A DNA stretch of 64,000 nucleotides. Origin: Bdellovibrionales bacterium (GTDB lineage: Bacteria; Bdellovibrionota; Bdellovibrionia; Bdellovibrionales; JAUICD01). Below are positions 45,600-56,211 of this stretch, piece by piece. The number at the start of each line of letters is the position of its first letter. The stretch's first letter is position 1. Location of the stretch: NCBI GenBank assembly GCA_965262715.1, contig OZ253553.1:1280001-1344000 (forward strand), written 5' to 3'. Position numbers and translations under genes: made by a program. Below the pieces are notes generated by a model, which was given only the letters and a program-made list of their open reading frames with translations, was not told where the DNA came from and did no database searches.

Positions 45600-45983
45600 T
45601 TACTTTAATTCAACACTTGCTCCAGCTTTTTCTAAAGCCTCTTTTATCTTATTTGCCTCTTCCTTATTAACACCCTGTTTAACCGGTTTAGGCGCGCTTT
45701 CCACAAGAGTCTTAGCTTCTTTTAACCCTAAGCCAGTTAAAGTCCTCACCTCTTTGATCACGCCAATTTTACTACTGCCAACAGATGTTAAAACAACATC
45801 AAACTCAGTTTTTTCTTCTTCCGCTTTACCAGCAGCTCCTTCTCCCGCTCCAGCTTGAACAACAGGAGCTACCGCTGCAGCACTCACACCCCACTTGTCT
45901 TCCAAAGTTTTAACCAACTCTGCCAGCTCAATTACAGGAAGCTGTGACAAATACTCTATAACTTGATCTCTATCTAAAGACAT
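45600..45983 (-). CDS. rplL: 50S ribosomal protein L7/L12
   Basis: EKTEFDVVL...[20 protein letters not shown]. Confidence 0.98.
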   Translation of the reverse strand: MSLDRDQVIEYLSQLPVIELAELVKTLEDKWGVSAAAVAPVVQAGAGEGAAGKAEEEKTEFDVVLTSVGSSKIGVIKEVRTLTGLGLKEAKTLVESAPKPVKQGVNKEEANKIKEALEKAGASVELK

Positions 45984-46089
45984 TAAAAGACCCTCCCTAA
46001 AAGGTTTATCAAAAAATTAATATTTTTATCTCTTTATATCTTATTATATCTTATCATCACCATACAATAAATTTAAGTATTTTAGATAC

Positions 46090-46608
46090 TTATTTACTAT
46101 CCTTATATGCTACAAGCACTCTTAAAAACTGAGATGTAGGGGTTGAAAGCTGCCTTACAAACTTTTCTGCTGGTGCTTGTAAAACTCTCAGTAAACGAGC
46201 TTGCAACTCCTGCTTACTTGGCAAGTTTGCCAAATAAAGAATTTTTGATTTATCTAGGGCCTGCCCCTCCAAAACCCCCATCTTTAACTGTAGAAATGTT
46301 ACTTCCTTGCTAAAATCCTTTAAAAATTTTGCAGACGGCCCTGCCTCATCATAAACAAAAATGCAGGCATTATCCCTTGCCAGCTCTTCATCTAAAGCCT
46401 CTCCTATTTTTGGATGTTTCTTAGCAGCTAACTTCGCTAAAGTGTTTCTCACAACTTTCATGCGAGCATTCAAAGGATGTAAAGCTTTCCTCAAATTGGT
46501 CATTTGCTCCACATTCATGCCTTTAAAAGAAACAAGAAAGACGGCCTTAGCAAGAGAAAATTGATCAGATAAAAAACTAACCTCCTGGCTTTTTTTGGCC
46601 TTATTCAA
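46090..46608 (-). CDS. rplJ: 50S ribosomal protein L10
   Basis: GMNVEQMTNLR, VVRNTL and LPSKQEL motifs; TTG start after GGAGG. Confidence 0.95.
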   Translation of the reverse strand: MNKAKKSQEVSFLSDQFSLAKAVFLVSFKGMNVEQMTNLRKALHPLNARMKVVRNTLAKLAAKKHPKIGEALDEELARDNACIFVYDEAGPSAKFLKDFSKEVTFLQLKMGVLEGQALDKSKILYLANLPSKQELQARLLRVLQAPAEKFVRQLSTPTSQFLRVLVAYKDSK

Positions 46609-46863
46609 GTATTCCTCCAAGTTAAGTCTTGACTAAATATAATATAGTATAAACTTATAAGCCTTCAGTTGATTAGTTATACAAACATGTATATATATTA
46701 ATACATATTATATATATTATTTATTACTATTAATTTGTAAAAAAAGCTCATTTGATTATAAGTAAAAACTTATTTTACATAAGTCTTCACCTAAAGAGTA
46801 CAAAAAACTTTGTTTGGCAACATATTATGCGGTGCGTCTAGACCTAAGGTAAAGTTTATATTT

Positions 46864-48039
46864 ATGAAATGCAAATACATTAAATTCATTTATTTTTTAT
46901 CATTTGCGTTGATAGTGCAAGTACACCTTTTATTTCCTCAAAATATACTCGCTGACTCACCTAAAAAATACTCTATAATAGAAGATATCTTAGAGGTTTA
47001 TACTCAAAATAAGGTCAATTTTTCATGTGCTCAAACCCATTCTCTTTCCACTCGAGTTATTGCCTCTGTCTTAAAAAATGATTTAACTGATCCTCACCCA
47101 ATAAAACCTTCTCTTGAAGGCCAAAAACATTCTTCAGAATATTCTTGCTCTCAAAGAATGAAGCCCTTACAAAGGCTTTTAATCTTACCTCCTTCTCTGT
47201 CTTTTGAAACAAACCATGACCTCATAGACCAGAAAAAAATCTGGAAAATTTTGCACTCCCACTTTGGTAAAAGCAGGCAATTGAAAATTGTTTCTTGGGA
47301 CAGAATGCATTCTTTACTAAAAGCAACCTCTGAGAATCAAGATAAAGCTACCATTCTAAAAAAACAAAATGAGGGAAATCTTCAACTTGCTCACCTCACT
47401 GATGCAGATGCTTATCTTATTACATTGATAGACGAGCAAAAAACTCAAATACAAGTTTATTCCACACAAGATACTCATTTACTTTGGGAAGAAGAAACCC
47501 CTCACACTTCTGATTATAGCAGTATTCTCAGTATATTAGACCAAAATATGGATGCTATGGTTAAAAACTTTTTAAAATCTTTCCCTTATCATGGTATTCA
47601 AATTTTAGACCCTTTGTGGAAAGAAGTAATTTTAGAAAAGAATTTTCAAAATCTAGCTAAAATAGATGTGGGCTCCAACTCTTCTATTCAAAAGGGTGAT
47701 CCTATATTTTGGATAGAGATTTGCCGCATTAACAAGGCTCCTTTATTCAAAGAGGGGAGGAAAGCTCATATTTTAGCAAAAGGTGAAGTCCTCAAAAAAG
47801 AGCGTGGGATATTGCTAGCACATATAACCCATTATAGATCTGGCTTAAGTGACTGGAAAGAAAAGCTCAGTGAAGGAACATTGATTGTCTTTGCCAATAA
47901 CAATAAGAGCACTCCTTTAATAACAGATCAAGATACTGCGCTACATCCCATAAAAAACAAAGCTGATAAAACAAGATCACGTCTTACAACCGCTACCGGT
48001 ATTTTGAGTATTTTGATCTTACTTGCTGTTCTTCTGTAA
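46864..48039 (+). CDS. Hypothetical exported protein
   Basis: N-terminal signal and C-terminal hydrophobic tail. Likely ATG at 46864. Confidence 0.7.
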   Translation: MKCKYIKFIYFLSFALIVQVHLLFPQNILADSPKKYSIIEDILEVYTQNKVNFSCAQTHSLSTRVIASVLKNDLTDPHPIKPSLEGQKHSSEYSCSQRMKPLQRLLILPPSLSFETNHDLIDQKKIWKILHSHFGKSRQLKIVSWDRMHSLLKATSENQDKATILKKQNEGNLQLAHLTDADAYLITLIDEQKTQIQVYSTQDTHLLWEEETPHTSDYSSILSILDQNMDAMVKNFLKSFPYHGIQILDPLWKEVILEKNFQNLAKIDVGSNSSIQKGDPIFWIEICRINKAPLFKEGRKAHILAKGEVLKKERGILLAHITHYRSGLSDWKEKLSEGTLIVFANNNKSTPLITDQDTALHPIKNKADKTRSRLTTATGILSILILLAVLL

Positions 48040-48132
48040 TATCTAGAAAATCCATAAGCTTGAAGATTTCAAACTTAATAAGCTATATGTAACTCATCAA
48101 AAAATGCTTCAGTTCCACCGCCAGAGTCTTAT

Positions 48133-50439
48133 TTATTTTCTAAAGCAGCAAAGACCCTGGTAATTCGGCAGGTTAATAACAGTTTCATAACCACTAGTTG
48201 ATAAACAAGTATTTCCTGATGCTAAGGTAAATCCAGTACAATCATTATTTGAATCTTGACAATGTAAAGTTTTTGCATGTCCACAAGATGGTAAACAACT
48301 AGCTCCTCCATAGTGTCTTCCCGTTGTATTGCACTTTTTACAATCTGTGGCATCAGCACCTCCATTTGACCCTGGGCAATGCCATGTATCATAACCACCA
48401 TCTGTACTTTTATTTGTAGCTACAGCTGATGATGGAGAACAACCATACTTCACTGCATTATTATTACAACTGCCACTTATAGGAGTGGTACAGCGGACTT
48501 CTCTAGTATCATCTCCTGTTCCTTCACTACAATGGCTTGCCCGTTCATGAAGAATATTACGGCAGGTCCAAGTATAATTAGTCGCACTAGTGTCTGTTGG
48601 ATGAGGTGAAAATGTACCTGCACTACAACATGAGGCTCCTGATTTACCATCTCTGCATGAACTGCTCCTAGTACCGCATCTTCCACATACTACTGTCGGT
48701 GTAGTTGTTGTTTGTGTTGTTGTTGATGTAGTTGTTGGTGTAGATTTTAGTACCCTTTTACAGCACTTAGATTGATCCCAAGTTTTAGGCATATCTACGA
48801 TAGTGTAATTGGCAGTGTCACCACAGCTGCTGCTTCCACTCGCACAAGTTCCCGCTACACTTCGACTGTTATTACATGCAACCCCACAAGATGGTCGACA
48901 GAGACCATCAACTATTTTGTAGTGATGAGGCGGAGTCACGCTTACTGGACATGTTTGTGTTGTTGTTGATGTTGTGTTTGTGTTTGTGTTTGTGGTTGTC
49001 GTTGTGCTTGTGCTTGTGGTTGGTATTGTTGATTTTAATTCATCACAGCTCATTTCTTTAAGATCATCTCCTGCTCCTTCACTACAATGACTTGCTGATA
49101 CATAAGGAGTATTACGACAAGTCCAGTTATACTGAGTCGTACTATCATCTGGAGAGCCGTGAAAACTTCCTGCACTACAACATGAATCTTTTCCTGTCCC
49201 TCCATTTCCACCACACTCAGCACTGCCAGTGCCACATGCTCCACATACCACTGGTGTAGTTGAACAAACATGAATGTTGGGTTGAACTTCTGTAGAACCA
49301 AAAAAGCAATCCTCTGAAGAGCAATAATGATAATAAGATTCTTCCTTAGAAGGTGATCCCTGATTGGAAGCTGTGATTGTCACTTTGTTTTCTACACATC
49401 CTTGAGCAGCAGGTGTGATATCTATTGTACCACCAGAACAAACAACCGTTGTATTAGAGCCTCCATTTGACGAGTATGTACAAGACTCAGCATTTTGAAT
49501 ATTTAAACCTAAGAAAACAGATGAGTTATCAGTAGGTCTTGAATATTTATAAATATCATTAGTCTCTAAGGTTGTTTCCACTGCATCACTGTTAGAGTCC
49601 ACTAATTGAATAGGTCCAAAGTGGGGCTCTAACTGCGCAGTGACATTAAATAGCTTGTGTCTCTGACTAGAGCATTGATTTCCCGTATTGACTGCAGAGA
49701 CTTCTACAAAAATACCACCAATATCACTCTGCCCAAAGCTCACTGTTATACTCGCACCTGTTCCTTCTTCAACTGAAGAGGGCAATGTGACTTTCCATTC
49801 AATGGAGGAAAAATCAGATGCGTTTTCCAAGCTAAAAGTAGCTGACTGACCACTGACTAAAGAACCTGACGTCAATAAAATCTCTAAAGTATCTGGAGTA
49901 CAATCTCCTATAATGATTCTTTTTTCAGCCTCCGTGAGAGGATCTGTAGATCCTTGCGCATAGCTAGTTGCAGAAACATCATAAGTGCCAACTTCTGTAA
50001 ATTCAAATTGATACTTTGCATTAGGTGTTTCTTGATCATCTTCAACTTCAGAGCCTTTTTTGACAGTCCATTCAAACTTACTAGAATCAGGATGAGCACC
50101 TTCGAAATCAAATACAACAGTAGAATTAACTGCAAATTGACCTTTTGCCATACTTGAACCTTCACTGGATAAATAGGCAACCAAACTACCCATGGTTGGT
50201 CCATCATTTGTAGTAGTAGTACTACTACTACTACTAGTAGTAGTAATTTGAGCAGAGCGAATAGTTGTTGTTGTCTCTACCAATGATGGCAGATTCAATG
50301 AACTCTCTGTATTACAATTTTGAAAGGTGACAGCCAATAATAATAGAAAGAATAAAGGAACTAATAAATACAAGTAGCCTTTAATATTTACAAATCTTTT
50401 TAAAAAACTAACATATTGGGAAAAGATAGATGCCTTCAT
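48133..50439 (-). CDS. Large Cys-rich surface protein with PKD/Ig-like domains, Thr linkers and duplicated Cys modules
   Basis: Signal ending xFQNC, two FEWTV/IEWKV PKD-like units, two CCSAG...WTCRN...SHCSEG.GDD repeats and two C.PSCG...CC.R repeats. Confidence 0.85.
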   Translation of the reverse strand: MKASIFSQYVSFLKRFVNIKGYLYLLVPLFFLLLLAVTFQNCNTESSLNLPSLVETTTTIRSAQITTTSSSSSTTTTNDGPTMGSLVAYLSSEGSSMAKGQFAVNSTVVFDFEGAHPDSSKFEWTVKKGSEVEDDQETPNAKYQFEFTEVGTYDVSATSYAQGSTDPLTEAEKRIIIGDCTPDTLEILLTSGSLVSGQSATFSLENASDFSSIEWKVTLPSSVEEGTGASITVSFGQSDIGGIFVEVSAVNTGNQCSSQRHKLFNVTAQLEPHFGPIQLVDSNSDAVETTLETNDIYKYSRPTDNSSVFLGLNIQNAESCTYSSNGGSNTTVVCSGGTIDITPAAQGCVENKVTITASNQGSPSKEESYYHYCSSEDCFFGSTEVQPNIHVCSTTPVVCGACGTGSAECGGNGGTGKDSCCSAGSFHGSPDDSTTQYNWTCRNTPYVSASHCSEGAGDDLKEMSCDELKSTIPTTSTSTTTTTNTNTNTTSTTTQTCPVSVTPPHHYKIVDGLCRPSCGVACNNSRSVAGTCASGSSSCGDTANYTIVDMPKTWDQSKCCKRVLKSTPTTTSTTTQTTTTPTVVCGRCGTRSSSCRDGKSGASCCSAGTFSPHPTDTSATNYTWTCRNILHERASHCSEGTGDDTREVRCTTPISGSCNNNAVKYGCSPSSAVATNKSTDGGYDTWHCPGSNGGADATDCKKCNTTGRHYGGASCLPSCGHAKTLHCQDSNNDCTGFTLASGNTCLSTSGYETVINLPNYQGLCCFRK

Positions 50440-50490
50440 ATATACCTTTCTGTTTGTTTTACTTTGAGTCTATTTGGATTATATAAAAGC

Positions 50491-50517
50491 TATCGGCTAA
50501 TTATTTTTTAAACTTTA
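50491..50517 (-). promoter_or_regulatory. Sigma-28 (FliA)-like promoter
   Basis: TAAAGTTT-N12-GCCGATA (consensus spacer is N11), about 50 bp upstream of the Cys-rich gene. Confidence 0.55.
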
Positions 50518-50621
50518 GTCCATTTTGAGATATTATTAGGAAATTGATCTATCAACTCAAATGTAAGAAACTTTAGTTTATAGGCAGATTATATTATAAT
50601 AGACAGGTTATCATATCATAA

Positions 50622-50713
50622 GGAGAGGTGAGAGAGTGGTTTAATCTGCACGCCTGGAAAGTGTGTGTACTTTGAAAAGAGTACCGTGAGTTCGAATCTC
50701 ACCCTCTCCGCCA
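50622..50713 (+). tRNA. tRNA-Ser (GGA)
   Basis: GGAGAGG...CCTGGAAAG anticodon arm, long variable arm, GTTCGAATC, CCTCTCCGCCA. Confidence 0.95.
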
Positions 50714-50854
50714 ATTTTTTAAAAGCTTTTATCTATAAAACCCCCTTATATAAGACTTAAGCTATATTCTTCATAACAACCTTATTTTGAATAAGCTTCT
50801 AGACTTTCACAAGGTTTTGACATATGCTCATCATCCCTTTAGTAGGAGAAGACT

Positions 50855-51733
50855 ATGTGGAACTTGTGTTTATCTATTTTATCTTATCACTCTCAAGCCA
50901 TCTGTATTGAGGATTTTATAAAATGGTTATCTTCTCAAACTCTTCAAGATTCTCCTTGTTTATTATTGGACATGATCCCAGATGGAAAGCTTAAGTCTTA
51001 CTTATTAAAACATCCTGATTGGTATCAGCAGGCTTTAGAACAAATACAAAAAATGCAGAATCAAAACATTCATATTATTTATCCAGGACATATAAATTAT
51101 CCTAAAAACTTTTATAAATTACCTGATCCTCCTCTTTTTTTAACCTACGAAGGACAGCCTGTTTGGAAAGATCATAAATGCCTAAGCGTTGTAGGAAGCA
51201 GAGAGCCTACTGATAGAGCTTTAAAATGGATGGAAACACATCTTAAAAGTGTTTTTTTAGAAGTGTGCTCTGTCAGTGGAGGAGCAAGAGGTATTGATCA
51301 AAAAGCTCATAATATCTCTTTAAGAACTAAAAGACCAACAGTTGTTTTTCTTCCAAGTGGATTAAGATGTGTTTATCCTAAATCACTAGCAACTTGGTCA
51401 AATGAAATCATTGAAACAGGAGGAGCTATTGTTTCAGAGTTTTTACCTCAAACATTTATGCAAAAACAGCACTTTCACAGACGAAATCGTTTGATTGCAA
51501 GCATCAGCGATACCCTTTTAATTGTAGAAGCCAGGCTTAAAAGTGGTTCTCTACTGACAGCTAATTTAGCTTCTAATATAGATCAATCGATAGCTGTCCT
51601 ACCAAGCTTTCCAGATGATATTCAAACAGAAGGTAATATTAAACTTTTACTTGAAGGTGTTCAACCTGTTGTCTCCTCCAAAGATCTTTTAAGCCTGATC
51701 AACCTAGGTTATGCAAAACGACAAGCTCAATAA
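50855..51733 (+). CDS. dprA: DNA-processing protein DprA
   Basis: VVGSR, VSGGARGIDQKAH, HRRNRLIAS and VEARLKSGSLLTA motifs. Confidence 0.93.
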   Translation: MWNLCLSILSYHSQAICIEDFIKWLSSQTLQDSPCLLLDMIPDGKLKSYLLKHPDWYQQALEQIQKMQNQNIHIIYPGHINYPKNFYKLPDPPLFLTYEGQPVWKDHKCLSVVGSREPTDRALKWMETHLKSVFLEVCSVSGGARGIDQKAHNISLRTKRPTVVFLPSGLRCVYPKSLATWSNEIIETGGAIVSEFLPQTFMQKQHFHRRNRLIASISDTLLIVEARLKSGSLLTANLASNIDQSIAVLPSFPDDIQTEGNIKLLLEGVQPVVSSKDLLSLINLGYAKRQAQ

Positions 51734-51756
51734 AAATGTAACCCTTTATGCATTCC

Positions 51757-51798
51757 AATCATGTAATATTTACATAACCTTGTAAATATTACATGATT
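51757..51798. repeat. Perfect 18-bp inverted repeat
   Basis: aatcatgtaatatttaca-taacct-tgtaaatattacatgatt. Confidence 0.85.
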
Positions 51799-52141
51799 AG
51801 GTTTATTATTTTAAGTATCTTTAGATTTCACTTGCAAAAATCAACTAGATTTAGTATAAGCTAGCTACTTTATTCTTTATTAAAATTAAAGTTTTTATTT
51901 AATTAGGAGTCATCTTGCAAAATAAAAAACTTATTTTTGAGATGGCTTCTGGGAATTTAACTAAATTAATAACCCAAAAATTAGGAGTTTATATTAGCCT
52001 TGTTGCACAAATATTGATTCTATTACATCGAGTTACCATTAACGTCTTTTGACAGGTTTGTGAACTAGTTGTGGCAAGCCACCCCAAGTCAGAGCATTGT
52101 GAAATAAAGTTTTAAAAGAATTTTTATTCTATAATTAATTA

Positions 52142-52373
52142 GGTCTTGTTGTATAAAATAAACATGCATAGGAGAGTTATGGTAGGCATCTGATCTAGCT
52201 CAGGCCAGTGCCTTATGAGACACCTTTTAAAAAGGATTTTTTTTCTATATAAAATCATAAAGTCACAGTAGTACATGGCACGGGGGCCGCCTGCCAGCTT
52301 GTGAAGATGCCTACCATAACTCTCAAACTTTTATATAAATACTTCTTACCTTAATATTTATGCAAACAAGACT
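52142..52373. mobile_element. MITE shell (GTCTTGTTG.ATAAA ends) containing a family C hairpin at 52172-52324
   Basis: Outer ggtcttgttgtataaa ... tttatgcaaacaagact; inner 20-bp perfect IR gagagttatggtaggcatct. Confidence 0.7.
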
Positions 52374-52838
52374 ATTAATTATAAAAATAATGAAAGTTCA
52401 TTGCTCGAAAGCTGCCTGCTGCTAGTGGAAAATCTGCTAAAAGACACTACTAACATATACAAATATTTGTGCATCCAAGCCACTTATGTCTCAAAAATAA
52501 ACTTTGTTTTAATATCTCCAGCCTTTTAATCAACAAGCTCGCAATGAAATCTTTATTGTTATTGGAGATTGTTGAGCAAATATTTATATATTTTAGCTGC
52601 CCAGCAGCTTTTGAAGGCTTCTTTACTAGGTTATAGATAACTAGATTATAGATAACAATTAGAAGAGGACACACAAAGAGAATATAAGTGGACAAAAAAG
52701 AGACTTTTTATTACAATTTATATATAGAGAACAAAGTCTGTATAAGTATAAAAATAGGCAAAAATCAAAAATTATATTTTTTTGAAAAAAAGTTCTATAT
52801 ACGTAAAAAAATACCTGACTTTTGTTAAGGAGATAACT

Positions 52839-53843
52839 ATGTTTTTTAAATGCTCTTTTAAAACCCATTTAAATAACATTTTAAGAAATAGAATTTCAAA
52901 ATATGCTATTTTAAAACAAAGAAAATATATCAAAATAAGACATTTAAAGCAAGCAGGCTTTACTCTAATAGAGCTAATGATTGCAGTGACACTAACATCG
53001 TTTATGGCACTTGCCATCTCTTCTGTATTTATCTTTTCTGTTGAGCAGTTTAATATCTTGCTACAACAACATAAGACAGAAGAGGCTATGCTTTTTGCAT
53101 CTTACCATATAAGAAGTTACCTCTCTCAAGCTATTAATATGCAAATAGTATCATCAACACCACCATGTTATATAAAGCCCTCAGATACAACAGGGACAAT
53201 AAACGCCGATCGAGGATTTATAATACAATATGATACATCCTGTTCCCTCCCTCCCTCTCCTGAAATAGCCTTAGTAGCTTTATTTCCCAGAGAAAATTCT
53301 TTTAAATACAACAGTGTGGATCTTTTTGAAACATCTATTTTTTACGAACGTCCAACGGGTATCCGTCCAGGCCGTCTTATGTTTGGTTTAGGAACAAGAA
53401 CCAGTAGAACTACAAGTTTTCTTCATTCTCCTCATTCTCCTCATAATATTATTTATGAGGGGCTTTCATCTTTTGAAATGACATTTCCCAGCCAAGGCAT
53501 CAGAGAGGTTCAAAACATTTGTGATCCAGGTCCAGGTACTTGTTCAATGAAAACAATGGCTAGAACAGCTCAAGTGACACTGAAATTCCGTTATTTTCTT
53601 TTTACAGAAGGTAGTGGTGGAAACTTTTATGATTATGTTTCAGATATAAGAGAAGTTAATGCAAGAGAAGTAGAAAATATAATAAGTGTTAATTTTCACA
53701 ATAACACTATGGCAAAATGTGAGGAAATTGGAACAGGCTGTGATCCAAGTAGCCCAGATGCAACAGGGACAGAGAAAGAACGTATTTTTGGCCCTATCTA
53801 CTTTTATAAACTTATTATCCCTGCAGGTCTTTTAAACTTCTAG
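52839..53843 (+). CDS. Type IV pilin/pseudopilin (large minor pilin)
   Basis: Prepilin peptidase site AG|FTLIELMIAV with E5. Likely ATG at 52839 after AGGAG. Confidence 0.88.
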   Translation: MFFKCSFKTHLNNILRNRISKYAILKQRKYIKIRHLKQAGFTLIELMIAVTLTSFMALAISSVFIFSVEQFNILLQQHKTEEAMLFASYHIRSYLSQAINMQIVSSTPPCYIKPSDTTGTINADRGFIIQYDTSCSLPPSPEIALVALFPRENSFKYNSVDLFETSIFYERPTGIRPGRLMFGLGTRTSRTTSFLHSPHSPHNIIYEGLSSFEMTFPSQGIREVQNICDPGPGTCSMKTMARTAQVTLKFRYFLFTEGSGGNFYDYVSDIREVNAREVENIISVNFHNNTMAKCEEIGTGCDPSSPDATGTEKERIFGPIYFYKLIIPAGLLNF

Positions 53844-53959
53844 CGACAATGATTTGATGTGATTTGTAAGAGCAGAGTTCAGAGAAAGTAATAGTCATGC
53901 CATATCCCAGAAGAAACCATATTCCAAAATGCAAAATTTATTTTTGAAACTGCTTATAA

Positions 53960-54475
53960 TTAATTGGTTTGGTTGTCAAAGAGATTCATATTTGCCAATC
54001 TAAAAGTATTTTGATATTCATCATATTTGTAGATATTTATACGAGCTGATAGATTGTTTTCATAACCTGGAACAAGAATTTCTAATCTGTCATCTCCATC
54101 TATATCATATAAAGCTAAATTACTAGACACCCCTTTAAAATTGATGTAAGCATCTCTATTAAAAGAAAGTGGAATACGATTTAACAGTAAAAGACCAGAT
54201 TGAAAATCTGTAGTATGACCATAAACTTCTAAAAAAAACTCATTATTCTTTCTTACTTTAATAACTTTTACTCTTTGTCCATCAGAAAAAATATCTCCTG
54301 CTGCCGTAGATAAAACTTCCCTTTGATGAGAAATAAATATGTTATGTAAATTTTCTCTGATATTATCATTAAGAACACAAATTGTGACTAAAGAAAAAAA
54401 TGTCAATGCCATAGAATAAATAGCAAAATCTAAAGAGCTTTTTAATTTTAACTGAATTTCTTTTAAGCTCTTCAT
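53960..54475 (-). CDS. Hypothetical protein with FG-GAP/VCBS-like motif
   Basis: N-terminal TM; ALYDIDGDDRLEILVP. Confidence 0.7.
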   Translation of the reverse strand: MKSLKEIQLKLKSSLDFAIYSMALTFFSLVTICVLNDNIRENLHNIFISHQREVLSTAAGDIFSDGQRVKVIKVRKNNEFFLEVYGHTTDFQSGLLLLNRIPLSFNRDAYINFKGVSSNLALYDIDGDDRLEILVPGYENNLSARINIYKYDEYQNTFRLANMNLFDNQTN

Positions 54476-54620
54476 TAACTTTCCTCGTTTTATATACTTA
54501 TATACAGATAATATTATTTATCGGTATAATTTGATAAAATACAAAATGAAATAAAATGTATAACTCAACCCACTCAATCATTCAAAATGAAACATATATT
54601 TAAAATGCCGTATCAACAAA

Positions 54621-54850
54621 TTAGAAGCTATCTCAGAAATAAGTTTTGTATTTTGCTTTTGCTAGTTATGAACCAAAGTTAAAATAGCAAGTCACCGTTA
54701 CCCCGGAGTCTGGCGCTCCAGCAAAGAAGTTTTTGGGAACTGTCCTCAGTTTGCCAGGTTGCCTTGAAGAACCTGTTACGGAAGTCCTTTGTAGTGCATC
54801 GGTAACACAGTTATTTATAACAAATTCATGGTTTTTAAGGTGACTTCTAA
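54621..54850. mobile_element. Family A MITE
   Basis: ttagaagctatctcagaaa ... tttttaaggtgacttctaa; homologous to the copies at 56424, 58361 and 62314. Confidence 0.65.
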
Positions 54851-54940
54851 ACAAATTCAGGATTTATCTTTGACTTATTTTGTAACAAGCTACTTGTTTT
54901 TATTATATCCTTAACTCTTCATTTCTAAGAATTAGATGTA

Positions 54941-56167
54941 CTAGTCGCCATCGTTGTCGTTGTCGTCGTCATCATCGTCATCGTCGTCATCATCATCATC
55001 GTCGTCGTCATCATCATCGTCGTCATCATCGTCATCGTCACCATCATCGTTAAGATAATTGTAAGAAACTTGAACAGTAGTTCCTTCTAAGACAGGGGTA
55101 TCAAAGACGATCTTATTTTCTTGACTATCAAGTTGCCAACCTTGAATATTCTCTTCTGGAGTAAAAGTTAAACTTATTATGTTTTCTATAACATTCGTAT
55201 ACTTCAACTGGATTTCATTTGAGTTATCCACAAATCTCTCTGTTATATCAGATTCTATTTCAGTGATAAAAGTGTTATAATCCTCTTCACAAATACTGCC
55301 AATAATTCCCCCTACCTCATCAATAAGATCAGAGACGGCATAACTAAAGTTTGGGATATCTTGAGTCTGCGCTTGTGCACATTCTGTATCACCAACTTCA
55401 GTTACAAGACCATAAACAGTAAACTCTTTAGACTCTCCTAAATGATTTTGTAGCGATGCTATCACTCCTACGAGAGGGGTATCTTCATCCTTATCCTGAC
55501 CTGCACTAAGTATAATAGTGGCTAAAACAGCATCTTCTCTAAAAAATGCTTGGTTTTCAGTTTTTCCTATACTTTGAATCATACTGATCAAAGGTTGTAC
55601 TTTGTTTCCTATTGATGACTTCATTGTTTCTATCACTAGCTCTGTTATAATCTGATCAGTCTGTATTTCTGGAGTTAGGATATAAGTATTATTATTTAAA
55701 TTATTTTCAGGCGTTTCTCCTACATAAGAATAAAAACCTGTTTGATTTCTTAAAGGTAGAAATGTTGGCAAATCATTACTATTGTTTTGATCAGGGTCTT
55801 CAGATATAAAAGCAACTTGCCAATCTAAAGATTCAAAATAAGTCTCAGAAAGCAACCGGCTAAGGCCTAAACCTAATTTTGATTTTACTGTCTCTTTAGC
55901 TAATCCTGATCCTTGAGGAACAACTACAAGAATATCTAACTTATTATTATTAGATGAAGAGATAAGAAAACTCTCTTCAGCAGTGCTAGAAGTATTAGAA
56001 GTATTAGAAGTATCACCTTGAGAGCCCATATCACTTGAATTAGTATTTATTGCATCGTCATCTGTTGCATTGTCAAAAAAACAACCTGATAAGCTCATAC
56101 AACAAAAAAGACAAAAAGTAAGTTTAAAGAAATTTTTTAAGATTTTAATTTTCACGCCCTCTCTCAT
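54941..56167 (-). CDS. Divergent VWA-like lipoprotein with degenerate MIDAS and poly-Asp tail
   Basis: Lipobox LSGC; shares LDILVV, DWQVAFI, FFREDA and GSIC..DY with its neighbours. DNSGS is replaced by PQGSG. Confidence 0.85.
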   Translation of the reverse strand: MREGVKIKILKNFFKLTFCLFCCMSLSGCFFDNATDDDAINTNSSDMGSQGDTSNTSNTSSTAEESFLISSSNNNKLDILVVVPQGSGLAKETVKSKLGLGLSRLLSETYFESLDWQVAFISEDPDQNNSNDLPTFLPLRNQTGFYSYVGETPENNLNNNTYILTPEIQTDQIITELVIETMKSSIGNKVQPLISMIQSIGKTENQAFFREDAVLATIILSAGQDKDEDTPLVGVIASLQNHLGESKEFTVYGLVTEVGDTECAQAQTQDIPNFSYAVSDLIDEVGGIIGSICEEDYNTFITEIESDITERFVDNSNEIQLKYTNVIENIISLTFTPEENIQGWQLDSQENKIVFDTPVLEGTTVQVSYNYLNDDGDDDDDDDDDDDDDDDDDDDDDDDDDDNDNDGD

Positions 56168-56195
56168 TATGATATAACACCCTTACTTAATAAGA

Positions 56196-56211
56196 AGCAA
56201 TTTTAATACCA
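56196..56211 (-). promoter_or_regulatory. Sigma-54 promoter
   Basis: TGGTATTAAAATTGCT. Confidence 0.7.

Noticed and set aside
46815..46831. Sigma-54 box TGGCAACATATTATGC
   Set aside because: The GG-GC spacing is one base too long.
50209..50246. Palindromic (TAG)n/(CTA)n tract
   Set aside because: Explained by ACT/AGT codons of the Thr/Ser linker.
52276..52291. Portable sigma-54 promoter inside family C (TGGCACG-N4-CCGC)
   Set aside because: The -12 box is poor and the spacing is not kept in the 24581 and 31146 copies.
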